From assembly GCA_001600695.1 (NCBI GenBank), contig BCKQ01000004.1:479583-543582 (forward strand): 64,000 nt of DNA. The letters are read 5' to 3'. The notes beneath the pieces are model-generated. The model had not been told where the DNA came from, did not search any database, and worked only from the letters and a program-made list of their open reading frames with translations. This document shows, in pieces, positions 32,310-44,097 of this stretch; the first letter of the stretch is position 1, and every line of letters starts with the position of its first letter. The DNA is from Ascoidea asiatica JCM 7603. Lineage: Eukaryota > Fungi > Ascomycota. The translations under genes and the position numbers were made by a program.

Positions 32310-35300
32310 ATGAGTCACAGTTTAAATTGGCTTCAATTATCGCAATTTGATGATTTTTTAACTAATACACTAATTGACAAGGTATGTCTTTTTAATTCCT
32401 ATTTTTTTATATTGCCCTTCAAAGATTTAAAATATGTACTAATTTTTTATTCTGATTTATGTCAAGATTTTCTACTGGGATATAATAAGAAAAATAGATA
32501 GCTCCAAAACTTATGAAACTCCTCCAACTATTAAAACTATAACCTTAATTAGAAATTTTTTACTAGGAAGAAGGCCAAATTTCAAAAAGTTGACAGATGA
32601 ATTTCGAAAACTTCCAGAAATTGAAAGATTTTTAGAAAAATTTCAGACCGAAGTAGTTAAGGATGAGTTTATTACTCATGCTAGAAAATACTTTCAAATA
32701 TTCAGACCAGAATGTGGTTTTGAAATTTGCACAACGGATAGGTATTACTCAAAAACTGGAAGATTAGAAGCAGGAGTTGTGGCAAGAAAAAATTTCGAGG
32801 AAGGTGAAGAAGTTAAATATCTTTATGGATGCTTATCACCACTCAATGATGCTGATTTTAAAAGACTAGGGAAAAGTGATTTTAGTGTTATATATACTTC
32901 ACGTAAAGCTAACCCTTGTTTAATGTTGGGTCCAACTAGATTTGTAAATCATGATTGTAAAGGAAATTCTAGATTTTGTTCAAAAGGGCCTAATGGTATG
33001 ACCATAATAGCTATCCGAAAAATATTGATTGGGGAAGAAATAACGGTTAGCTATGCCCCTAGTTATTTCGGAAAAGATAATCGAGGTTGTTTATGTGCTA
33101 CTTGTGAAAGAGAAATGAGAGGATCATTTGCTCCAAGAGTGCCTTTTGACACAAAAGGGAAAGAATTGGTTAACCTTGTTGAAGATTCTAGTTCGGATGT
33201 AGAGTCCAAAGATGATACATACGCAAATGATCAAGAAGTTATTGTACTTTCCGCTTCTGAAGATGAAGATGATTTTGAAGTAGTCCCAAATAACCATACT
33301 GGGGTCTATCCGACACCAGAATCTAGTGAGGCAGATCTAAATGATGGTATTCATAGGGGGTCTACAATTCATCGTGCTAAAAGAAAAGTTGATAGACATG
33401 CAGAAATTGATTCTATTAATATTTTAAATAATGAAGAAGAGTTCAAATCATCCAAGGAAAATACAACTGAGCCTGAATCACGACGGAGACATCTACGGCC
33501 TAGAAACAAAGTTCCTCAAAAAACAACCACTATTTTAGATTTTTATTCAATTGATTCTTCTAAAGATTCCTTTGAAAAATATTGGGACATTGAAGATAGT
33601 GAAGAATTCAAAAGAAGAAAACTTATAAGAACCCTTCATAAGTTATATTCCCAAAGATTATATACTGAAGAAGCATTTAAAAGTCGCAAGGTGTACGACT
33701 GTAGAAATTGTGGATGTTATTTTGAATATAATAAAAAGGAACTTTATGCTATAGGATATAAATATTTCAGAAAATATAATCATGGAGAAAACTTGTATTG
33801 TTTAAGATGTTTGCGTCATTTTCAGGTTTATGATTTAGCTTGGCCTCAAGTAAAATTGATTCAACATCAACCAAAAGTTGTGCAAACTCTCAATTTTTTT
33901 AAATTGATTAGAAAATCAATTGGTGAAGTTTTTGATTCCAGTGTAAAAATACAAGAAATAAATTTTGAGACAGATTCTGCAAAAAATATTTTTACAAAAT
34001 TCAAAATAATGAATAAACTAGAACTCAAATTATTGCCGAATGATACAAAAAAAGCTTTCATAGAAAAAATAGAAAGCAATATTGCCAAAAAACTCGAGGA
34101 TGTCAAAAATGAGAGCAAGAATTCACCAAATCAAATCCCTCTGATAATAACACTTGATCCTCTAATGATTCCTTCATATCTTTTTTACTCTTCTGAACTT
34201 GAAAAAACAATGGCATTAAGGACATTTTTCATAGTTAAGATAGATACCTCAAGATTACCCTTGAGAATCACTACATTACCAGATAAGGTGAAAAAGGTTT
34301 TACAAATTCTTCAAGATCCAATAGAAGATAAAAATTCAAAACAAAATAGAGTAATAGAAGCTGTACGGCAAACTAATAGAAAGAATTTTAATAAAAAACC
34401 AATTGAAATAAATTTGGCTAATTCTGAAGATGAGAATGAAGAAATGTTATTAACAGATTCATGGGATAGTTCAGGTTATTATAATAATGAGTTTAATTCT
34501 GGATCAGATTTTGACTTAGATTCCGATTTAGATTTTTTCAAAAATGCGCCAGAAATTGAATTTGATTTTAAAGAATCGGATGATTACACAATGAAGGAAT
34601 TTGAAGAAATGAATAAAAAATGGGCAGTAAGATTATTGAATTCAGGTGCTGAACCATCAAATAATTTGAATATAATAAGAAAAATCAAAGGTAAACTAAA
34701 TTTTAGAACAGAAAACTTAATTGATAAAGATGAATCTTTTTTGAAAATTCAAGGATTGCAAAAAAAATATCTTGGACTTAAAAGTCAAGTATCAAGGGAA
34801 ATTTATGAATCTGAAAATAATTTACTTTCAAATACTTATATAACAGGTAATAATATTGATTATATTAATAATAACTTAAGTGAATTAAAATCAAAGACAC
34901 TGAACAACTTAAATAAAAGTAAAAGTAAAAATAAAAAGAACCTACTAAAAGGTAATGAAAAACATTCATTTGTTAAAGTTGAGAAAGATAAGAATAAGAC
35001 CTTTGATTTATTTGATTTTAGTAGTGAAAATGAAGATAATGATGATATTGAAGAACTGTTAAATAGTGATGATGCGGAATCTCAAATATCATCTTTTTCA
35101 GTTTCAGATTTTGATTTTGATATAAACTCAAACTCAGAAACCGAATCTAAATCATATTTAAAGAGTTTCAACACAAATTCAAATTCGAACATGAATATAA
35201 ATACAAAACGAGATTTTAATAATAATGAGAAAAAAAAAGAAAAGTTAACAAATTATAAAAGAAGGAAAATATTTTATGGAGAAGATAGAGAAAAATCAAG

Positions 35301-35655
35301 TGAAATAGTATTAAATAGTGATTATGAGGAATCAGATGAAAATTATGAAGATGATGATGATAATGATTTTTTAATAAGTAGGCAAAATAATTTCAGGCAT
35401 GAAAAAAATAACAATGGGGTTGTAAATAATAGTAATGAAAATTCTTCAGTAAAAAATGAAAAAAAAGTATATTTGGAAAGTGATGTTATATCAATTTCAG
35501 ATAGTAGTGATGAAAGTCAATCTGCTGTTGTAATAATAACGTCATCAGATGATGATTATGATAATGATTATGATAATGATAATGATAATGGAAATTACCA
35601 TGATGATAATAAGAAAGATAATAGTTTTGACTATGATTATGATGATAGTTTTTAG
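32310..35655 (+). CDS. SET9: Histone H4K20 methyltransferase Set9/KMT5 (Suv4-20 family); exons 32310-32381 and 32467-35655
   Basis: Spliced N-terminus LSQFDDFLTNTLIDK|IFYW. Motifs CGFEICTTDRY, DFSVIYTSRK, LGPTRFVNHDC, GEEITVSY and post-SET CLCATCE. GTATGT donor at 32382, TACTAAT branch at 32437 and AAG acceptor at 32466 give a phase-0 in-frame join. Confidence 0.88.
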
Positions 35656-38074
35656 GTTTAAAGATTATTAGTTATCTTTTATTTAAGAATTATAAGTCAA
35701 TTTAATTATTAGTATCACCGTGTATTATTAGGATGCAAATTATTAAAATTGAGTATATTATGGATAAGGAAATTACTATTGAAAATTAATTCCAATTGTA
35801 GATATTAAAGTTTCCTAATGTAAAATTTCTGAGTCAGTTGGTCAAAGAGTTTCGATAATATTACTATTACTTATAAAGTTGAATTAAAGAATTTTGAATG
35901 AAATTGAATTAAATTAAAGTAAATCAAACAAAATTGCCTCAAGATTTGAAAGTATTCAAAGATTGAAAAAAAATATTTTGATTATGTTTTTATCGTAATT
36001 TATTATTAAATAAGCTTTAAATGGTGTTTAAATAATAAATAAGTAATATAGAATTTGTTGTATTTTTAGATAATATTCTTCAAATAGTTTTAATAAATTA
36101 TAGATATAATATAAATAAAAACTATTTTTCTAAAATTTCAATATCTGTTAAATTTCAATAACAGTTAAATATATTGTAAATTCTAAAATAAAAAACATAA
36201 AAAAAAAATATGAACTTTTGAACAGCTTTCAATTCAATTAGAACTTCAAGTTACCAAATAATACCTCTGTAATTTTTGAATGAAATTAAGCATTTTTAAG
36301 CAAATTTTTAATACTTTTATGGAAAAAAAAAAAATAAATAAATACAGTATTAATTTCAAAATTCTTTTCACTGATAATTGAAAAAATTAAAAAAAATAAT
36401 ATTTTTTTAACGAAATTTCTCTTGTGCAGATATTAACTGTAGGCTAGTGTAGAAAGATCAGATTGGGGAATGAAATGAAATTCCCACTTATGAATTACAT
36501 AATCCAAATCAGTTTGCAATAATGGAATTTTTCCTTCGCACCATTTCGTTCCCTGTTTCAGTAACTCAAACGCCACCACAAAAAAACAATGTGGGAAACT
36601 TGGATTCTGCAGTGGGACAAAGTATACCAAAGCTCCAGTAGGCGGTGGGCGGAGTAACCACCGGTAACCAAAAATATTCTTTTTACAAAACAATGTTTAG
36701 AGCACACTGCGGTGGTTTCTAGCACAAGAGTGGTGTTTAGCACGGTATCTAAATAAAATAAATAGTAACCTAATACACCACCACTTATAAACGCAATAGG
36801 AAATTAAGCCTTAAGCTACATAGTTACCACGTGACTTTGTTTAATGTAAAGTTACCCGAAAACCATCGGATAATTCTTGAATAACTTTTCTTTCTTTGCT
36901 AGTTATTGAAGCTAAAAATGGGATTTTGACAAAAGTTGATGTCTTTTAAGAAAATAATAAAAGCTCTTCTAGACTCTGGAATTCTTGTTTTTTTATTAAA
37001 CACAATGTTACTTTTTCAGAGTAGTGGTGTTGGCTTTTGATAACCAATAGCTCTATGAAAAAGTATTTCGACTGGACCTCCTTTTCAAAATATTTAGACT
37101 CAATTCTTCCTTGAAATAATATGTTCTCGACCATGAATGATAGTAGTAATAATTCAATCCTGAGACTCTTTTTTTTACGTTTTAACAAATAGCTTTTATG
37201 CTATTTTGACCCTAATAAATAAAATATAGTAAAAAATTATAAATATCACGTGTACACTTCATTTTGATAACTGAAATCAAAATGTCCCTATTCACTGGGC
37301 TGAGCAAGATCTGGCCCAATATGATTATGTAATCATACTGAGGTGAGATAATGATTTATATACATTAATGACTACTACTACAGTACTATTTGTAGAGGGT
37401 TGACGTTATAAATAATTTATAAATACTTTAACTTTAAGTAGTTCAATTTTATATTTAGAAAAATGATTTTCATTTCAGCTCTGTACATAATTCAGTACAT
37501 TACTAGCATCTAATTTCAAATAATTTCATAATTCATATTTATAAATCATACAACAGAACAAAGCTCATAGAAAATAACGCTAATATATTCTACTCTGGCA
37601 AACTCTACATTTTTTAGTACCCTTTTTTCAGTACGGATTGTATGGTAGATTTGAAATAACAATCACCGTTAAAAAAACTGGGTAAAATTAAAAATAAAAA
37701 TGGGTATTTGGGTAAGTATACACACTTTTCTTCTCAGTGCACTGCAGCCCTTGCGGTACAAAAGCATAAAGTTTCCAGGGAAACCGGTTTTCTGGCTGCT
37801 TTTGACCAGCAAAGACCCTGGTGAAATAGAACCAATTATAGAGCCTGACCACCATGAATAGTGGCTTCCTTGTCAGATCCAGCCGGAATGATAAAAATCG
37901 CCATTCATCGCGCACTGAATTTAGCTCATTCTGTGTTCAGCGAGCAGTGAGTTCAGCTCAGACATGGTATGCTGCACAAAAAGTTTAGAAACAGTGCAAA
38001 GCAGCAGAGCAACGTGTGAGAAAATGGGCTAAACCAGGAAGCCACTTAAAAGGGTAAAACCACAACACAACTTT

Positions 38075-38086
38075 ACGCGCACGCGT
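38075..38086. promoter_or_regulatory. Tandem MCB-like elements ACGCGC-ACGCGT upstream of the ECM33-like gene
   Basis: Exact ACGCGT plus an adjacent ACGCG core within a GC-rich island. Confidence 0.4.
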
Positions 38087-39034
38087 TTGACATCTGGGAT
38101 ACATCAATTCCAATAAAGAGGGTGATACGGCAATACCGGGGCCAGCCCCCAGCTACTTGTTTCTATTGGAAAAGATCCAAAAAATGTTCCATTTCAGCAG
38201 GCCAGCGCTGTTTGAGATTTCTTGCTTTTTTTGCTGGAGATTTCCCAGAAACTTTCAAATTTCAACTTTTGATACTGCAACTTTGAAAAGTGAATTTTCA
38301 TTTCTCGTGGAAATCAAAACAGTTGCACTTTTTTGCACTTGTGAAAGTGTGTACATATAAGTATCTGCTTTAACTTACCACTGCTACTACACTACTACAA
38401 CATTGTACTGCTATTACTATTTACTACTTTAGTACTATGCTAATATCAGGTAAACAAAACAATCTTTTTGACAAATCATAGCATCCTTCTTTAAATTTCG
38501 CCTGCCTTGTTAACTTACAACTTTTTCAAAATTCCCCTAATTATCATATAAAATTACTTTTCTTCTGCTAATTTTTATTTTCTCTCTCTTTCTTATTCCT
38601 TTTCTTCTTCTTGAAAATTTTATTATATTATCAACTACATATCCTCTTTTGTTAAATTTTTACATTTTGGATTATCTTTTTTACTTTTATTTTATTTATT
38701 TCAATTTGTTTCATCAGTTTTTCATTATTGATTTATATTTTGAGATCTTAAAAAGAATTTAATCGCTCGCTTAAAGAATTTTTTTTTTGACTTTCAAAGA
38801 AATTTCATTTTTAAAGCTACAATAAAGCTATATTTTTAAAACAAATTTAAAAATTTATTCATATAAAAGTTAATTCAAATCTAGCTATATACTTTTTCTA
38901 AATATTCATCTTCAATCTTATTTTCTTTTTTCCTTAAAAAATTAAAAAAAAAAATCAAGATTCATATTTCAATTCATATATTAATTAATCATTTTTATAA
39001 AAGTTTAAAATAAAATCAAATACATAAAAAAAAA

Positions 39035-40297
39035 ATGCAATATAGAAAATCAATCTTAGCAGGTTTATTATCTGCTTCAAGTTTTTTTTCCAGTTCATCT
39101 GCTGCATCTTGTTCTGCTGATGATGGATTTAGTATCACAAGTCAAAGTGATTTAGATTCTCTTTCAAGTTGTACAACTGTTACTGGTGATATTACTATTG
39201 AAGGTACTCTTGGTACTGCTGCTTTAGCCGGTGTTACTAGAATTAAAGGTTCTTTAACTATTAAAAATGCTACTAATTTAGCTTCTTTCAGTGCAGATTC
39301 TTTACAAATCATTGATGATGAATTATCTTTAACTGATTTAACTATTTTAGATACTCTTAATTTACCAGTTTTAACCTCAGCTGGTTCAATTTATATGGTT
39401 ACTTTACCTGCTTTAACTGAAATAACTTTAACTACAGGTGTTTCTTCTGTTGATTCAATTTATATTTCTGATACTGATTTAGAAACTCTTAGTGGTATTA
39501 ATGTTATCAATGTTGATACTTTCAATGTTAATAATAATAAAAATTTACAAACTATTGATTCTAATTTAAAAACTGTTAAAACATCTTTAGAAGTTTCTTA
39601 TAATGCTGAAAATGTTGAATGTACTTTTGATGATTTAATCTGGGCTAATAATGTTACTTTCCGTGATGTTTCTTCCATTTCTTTAGGTAATTTAACTGCT
39701 GTCAATGGTTCAATGGGTGTTTATAATACAACTATTGATTCACTTTCTGTTGAAAACTTAGAAGATATTGGAGGTGCTTTAGCTGTCTCTTATAATGATG
39801 ATTTAGCTGAACTTGAATTCCCAGCTTTAACTGCTATTGGTGGTGCTTTAGATGTTACTAATAATACTGCTTTAGAAAGTATTTCTGGTTTCCCAGTCTT
39901 AAAAACCGTTGGTGGTGCAATTGATATTGGTGGAAATATTTCTAATATTACTTTCTCTAAATTAAAATCTGTTAAAGGTGGTGCAACTTTCTGGTCTTCA
40001 ACTTATATGGATTGTTCTTCTTTAAAGAAATTACACAAAAAAGGTGTTATTGAAGGTGATGATTACTCATGTACTGCTTCTAAAAAGAAAGTTACTTCAA
40101 GTTCAAGTTCTTCAAGTTCAAAATCAAGTGGTTCATCCTCTTCTGCTGATGATGAAGAAAGTGCTAGTGCTTCTGTTGCATCTTCAGGTTCAAGTTCATC
40201 TGTTACTTCAACTGCTGACAGTGGTGCCGGTTTTGTTGCCGTTCAAGCTACTTCAGTTGTAGGTATTTTAGGTGCTATTATGTTATCCTTCTTTTAA
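39035..40297 (+). CDS. ECM33: GPI-anchored cell-wall protein of the Ecm33/Pst1/Sps2 family
   Basis: Signal peptide, receptor-L-type repeats (SQSDLDSLSSCTTVTGDITI, FNVNNNKNL, LIWANNVT, LKTVGGAI), Ser-rich stalk and hydrophobic GPI tail. Strong codon bias. Confidence 0.9.
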   Translation: MQYRKSILAGLLSASSFFSSSSAASCSADDGFSITSQSDLDSLSSCTTVTGDITIEGTLGTAALAGVTRIKGSLTIKNATNLASFSADSLQIIDDELSLTDLTILDTLNLPVLTSAGSIYMVTLPALTEITLTTGVSSVDSIYISDTDLETLSGINVINVDTFNVNNNKNLQTIDSNLKTVKTSLEVSYNAENVECTFDDLIWANNVTFRDVSSISLGNLTAVNGSMGVYNTTIDSLSVENLEDIGGALAVSYNDDLAELEFPALTAIGGALDVTNNTALESISGFPVLKTVGGAIDIGGNISNITFSKLKSVKGGATFWSSTYMDCSSLKKLHKKGVIEGDDYSCTASKKKVTSSSSSSSSKSSGSSSSADDEESASASVASSGSSSSVTSTADSGAGFVAVQATSVVGILGAIMLSFF

Positions 40298-41309
40298 GTA
40301 TTTTAATTGATTACAGCTGAACTTCCCTTGATATATCTACCTCTAATAATATATTAGTATTAGTTTTTAAACTATATATCTTATAATTTAATACAGTTGG
40401 GCTTTTTTTATTTTAATTTTAAATAGGTTTTTTTTAATTTACTTCTCATCTACATCGTTGATTTTTAATAGTATAGTATCATTTCAATTTTTATAATTTA
40501 ATTTAATCATATCTTCTTTTTCTTCAAATTATCCTTTTCATTTTAATTTAAAGTTTGCGAATGATTTATCAAAAACATGTATATACTTATCTTTTCTCAG
40601 CTTAAATTCACTAAATTTTGCTTCCTATGAAAAAACAAGTAATTTTAAATTAATTAATTCAGATTGAACCGGAAAAAAAATTAAAGTCACATGGTGTTTG
40701 TTGCTTCAAATCAAAAGAAAATTACTTTTTCCGAAGTAAAAATCGTTGAAATTAGATATTTCAAACGTATCAATATGCTCAAATTATCAATCTCAAGGGC
40801 TTTATCTAACTCGTTTCTTTTTTGTTTCTAATTCAAATTTAATTGAAACTAGATTTAATGTTACTACACTAAAAAGGTTTCCAACCTGTTTTTGGCTATG
40901 CTTTTTATTAGATGAATTTCCAAATAGCTGTTATAATTTGATTCGAATAAAATTGATCAATTTCAGAGAAAGAATTAATCTCATCTTGTTTCTATTTATT
41001 AATCTAATCACCTTTGGTCTTCTTAGACTATTATGATATCTTATTTCTTTTAGATCATTATCATTAGGAGAATTTCGGTTGGCGTGGGAGCGTGACCAGT
41101 GAAATATTACAAGTAGTCCCGGTAGCGTTCAAAAAAAATGGTACCGTAGGGAACGTTATCGGAAAGGAAATAAGTTTAAGTTTAATTCATTGGAGTATCT
41201 AATATTCCGTATTTCTTTTGAATCATTAGATATCATTTGAACAAAAAATATTTGTGAGTTACTGTAATATTTTCGTTTTTTTTTTCTAATATAAAAAAAT
41301 ATTCGCAAT

Positions 41310-43976
41310 ATGTTCTCAACATCACCTCCTGGAGATCTGTCAGATAATTCCAACAAAGATCAAAATACCGAAAACTTATCCACTCAAAATTCTAAACAGT
41401 TTAAACGTAATTACAGAGCCTGTTTGAATTGTAGAACTCGAAAAGTAAAATGCGATCTTGGTTCTTTACATTCACCTCATGAACCCCCTTGTGCAAGATG
41501 TCGAAGAGAAAGAAAAGAATGCGTTTTTGCTGAATCAAGAAGAGGTAAAAAACATTCTATTTTAGATTCCTTGAATTGCTCATCTTCCCAAAAGAGAAAA
41601 AAAAGTAATTTTAATGGCAACAACAATATGGATATACAAAACATTATTAATCATAATAATGAAAATAGAAAAGATGGTGGCCCATCTTCTAATATATTTG
41701 TTGAACCCACCCGAAAAGAGCAAAAATCTTTGGTTTACGCTACTGGAAATCTTCCTCCTCCTCCGAAACTTAGAGGATCAACAGAACTTTCGACAATGCA
41801 AGGTGCTTTGATATTTTTAGCTAAAGCAGCAGGTTCAATTGCTTTATCAGATGAAAGAGATAGAATCGAAGGAAGTGGGAAATTTAAAACTTTATCCAGT
41901 GCAAGAAATTCATCAACTAATTTAGGCGACAAAGATGAGTCAGCATCTGGATCTTCAATAAGTTCAATAGATAATCAAACATGCTCAATGGATAATTCAA
42001 ATTTATTAGAAGAATCTCACTCATCTTCTTTACCTCCTCTCATTAGGCCCAATCCATTAAATTCCTCAAGACTAGTAATGCCCCCAATCAATAATTCCGA
42101 TCCAGTCAGACCACTACCTCGTACAAAATTATCTGACTTTGAATATATAGGCCCAAGTGAAAATGATTTACTTACAGAACGTGAGGCAAATATTTTAGTT
42201 GATGCTTTTTTTCTGGATATGCATCCTTTTTTCCCATATATTCCTAATGAACTCTCATCTGCAAATGCATTAACATCATTTCCAATATTATTATATGCAA
42301 TTTTAACAATATCTGCTAGATATCATACTTTTGAAATGATAGATGGTGATCAACATAAAGAAAGTGGTGAATGTACACCAAGAGAAAATAATTCTGCAGA
42401 ACGACTCAACGACCCTAGTTATATAAATTCCCCTCCAAAAGTTAGATATAATTCCCTACCAAGAAATATTGAAATTCATGAAAGATTATGGGTTCACTGC
42501 CAAAGGTTAATATCTCAGACTGTTTGGGCAGAAGCTTCAACTAGATCACTTGGAACAGTTTTTGCTTTTCTCTTGTTCACAGAATGGAATCCAAGAGCAA
42601 TTCATTGGAGATGGTCTGATTATGCCAATAAGCCTGATGATATAAATGATGATATAAATGGATCTGGAAACTCTACTGGTGATTCACTTGCAGGATTAGG
42701 AGCAATGAGAAGAAGTAGTAGAATGTCTTGGATGTTAACAGGGACAGCTATAAGATTGGCACAAGATATGCATTTCATGGAAAATAATTCTAGTATTTTT
42801 GTTGCAACCCATGTTTGTGAAATTGGAAATTCAATGAATATGGGCCAAAGATCAATGCTTAGTCAATCTTTAGCAGAAACAAAATTAGATGATTTTGAAG
42901 GATTTCCAAAGGCCAATATTGAACTTTTACAAATAATCTCCTTAGCTTATGATACACTTAGTCAAAAAATCCCACTTCTTGAAGTGTTACGTATTCTTTC
43001 TCCTTTACTCGAAAGTTTTGGCTCACATTTTAAAACAATTTTGAGACCTTCAAATCCTAAAAATTTTTCTCATAAATCTGTTAGATTAACTCAAGATCAG
43101 CACGAAGAATTTTTAAGAGAATCATTAAGGCTTGATTATTTTTATACTCAATTATATGTGTATAGTCTTGCTTTAGGTGAAGCTGAACCCAAAAACTCAA
43201 GTGAAGTTATTAAAAGAGCTAAATATTTGGAGGCTGCTTTCAAAGCAGCTAAGGAAGTATTGTCATCGGCTTCTAGGGTACATAAAACGAAAAGATTACG
43301 TTGTATGCCTGTTAGATGGGTTACAAAAATTGTTCGTGCAGTAGCTTTTATTGTTAAATGCAATCTTTCTTTTAAATTTTATGATCCTACAAGTAGAGAA
43401 GAGGTTATTCAAATAGCTCAAAAAGCTGCTATTATGCTAAGAGAAGCTTCTCCAGATGAATTACATCTCTGTACGCGGTATTCTACAATTTTAATGTACC
43501 TTTGTTCTGAAATGAAAACAAGATCTAAATCAAATGTTTCAGATAATATTTTGCAAAATGAGAACCTAGAAAATTTTGAAATGGATGAAAGAGATAACAT
43601 GTCACAAATCGGCGAAAATTTGAGAAACAATTTAAATTTATCTCAGCCTAAAATAACACCTCAGAATAATTACCATCCTACACTACAGCCTACTTCAGAA
43701 ATACCACAGCCTGGCGTTCATTCTTCTGTTCTTGAGCTACCTCAAGTTCAACAAGATAATTTAATGCAATCTAATATAAACATGAATCAGAAGCCTGGAA
43801 ATGAAGGAATTTCGCAAAAGAACTTTCCTGGAAATGAATTTTTTCCACCATTTCCAGATAATGTATTGGATTGGTTTATGAAGGACAATACAGCGGGTGG
43901 TTTAGACTTTGTAGAACCTTGGACTGAAATGATAGAACAGCAGTATATGGGAAATAAAAATATGCCAGGAAACTGA
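41310..43976 (+). CDS. ARO80: Zn(II)2Cys6 activator of aromatic amino-acid catabolism
   Basis: ACLNCRTRKVKCDLG...HEPPCARCRRERKECVF, MHPFFPYIP, WAEASTRSLG, TEWNPRAIHW, ASPDELHL and GLDFVEPWTEMIEQ. Confidence 0.92.
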   Translation: MFSTSPPGDLSDNSNKDQNTENLSTQNSKQFKRNYRACLNCRTRKVKCDLGSLHSPHEPPCARCRRERKECVFAESRRGKKHSILDSLNCSSSQKRKKSNFNGNNNMDIQNIINHNNENRKDGGPSSNIFVEPTRKEQKSLVYATGNLPPPPKLRGSTELSTMQGALIFLAKAAGSIALSDERDRIEGSGKFKTLSSARNSSTNLGDKDESASGSSISSIDNQTCSMDNSNLLEESHSSSLPPLIRPNPLNSSRLVMPPINNSDPVRPLPRTKLSDFEYIGPSENDLLTEREANILVDAFFLDMHPFFPYIPNELSSANALTSFPILLYAILTISARYHTFEMIDGDQHKESGECTPRENNSAERLNDPSYINSPPKVRYNSLPRNIEIHERLWVHCQRLISQTVWAEASTRSLGTVFAFLLFTEWNPRAIHWRWSDYANKPDDINDDINGSGNSTGDSLAGLGAMRRSSRMSWMLTGTAIRLAQDMHFMENNSSIFVATHVCEIGNSMNMGQRSMLSQSLAETKLDDFEGFPKANIELLQIISLAYDTLSQKIPLLEVLRILSPLLESFGSHFKTILRPSNPKNFSHKSVRLTQDQHEEFLRESLRLDYFYTQLYVYSLALGEAEPKNSSEVIKRAKYLEAAFKAAKEVLSSASRVHKTKRLRCMPVRWVTKIVRAVAFIVKCNLSFKFYDPTSREEVIQIAQKAAIMLREASPDELHLCTRYSTILMYLCSEMKTRSKSNVSDNILQNENLENFEMDERDNMSQIGENLRNNLNLSQPKITPQNNYHPTLQPTSEIPQPGVHSSVLELPQVQQDNLMQSNINMNQKPGNEGISQKNFPGNEFFPPFPDNVLDWFMKDNTAGGLDFVEPWTEMIEQQYMGNKNMPGN

Positions 43977-44097
43977 AAATTAGTTAGTGAAAACTTTTGA
44001 TCTAAAAGTTTTGACTTAATATTTCACATTTCTTTTGATAGAAATGCAGTATCTCGTTATTAATTCATATGCATTATAAAAAGTTTCAAATATCAAA

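Noticed and set aside
32310-32501. Standalone 63-aa ORF
   Set aside because: It is SET9 exon 1 read through into the intron.
36433-38360. Several 60-86 aa ORFs upstream of ECM33
   Set aside because: Mostly non-ATG starts, no codon bias and no motifs. The region looks regulatory.
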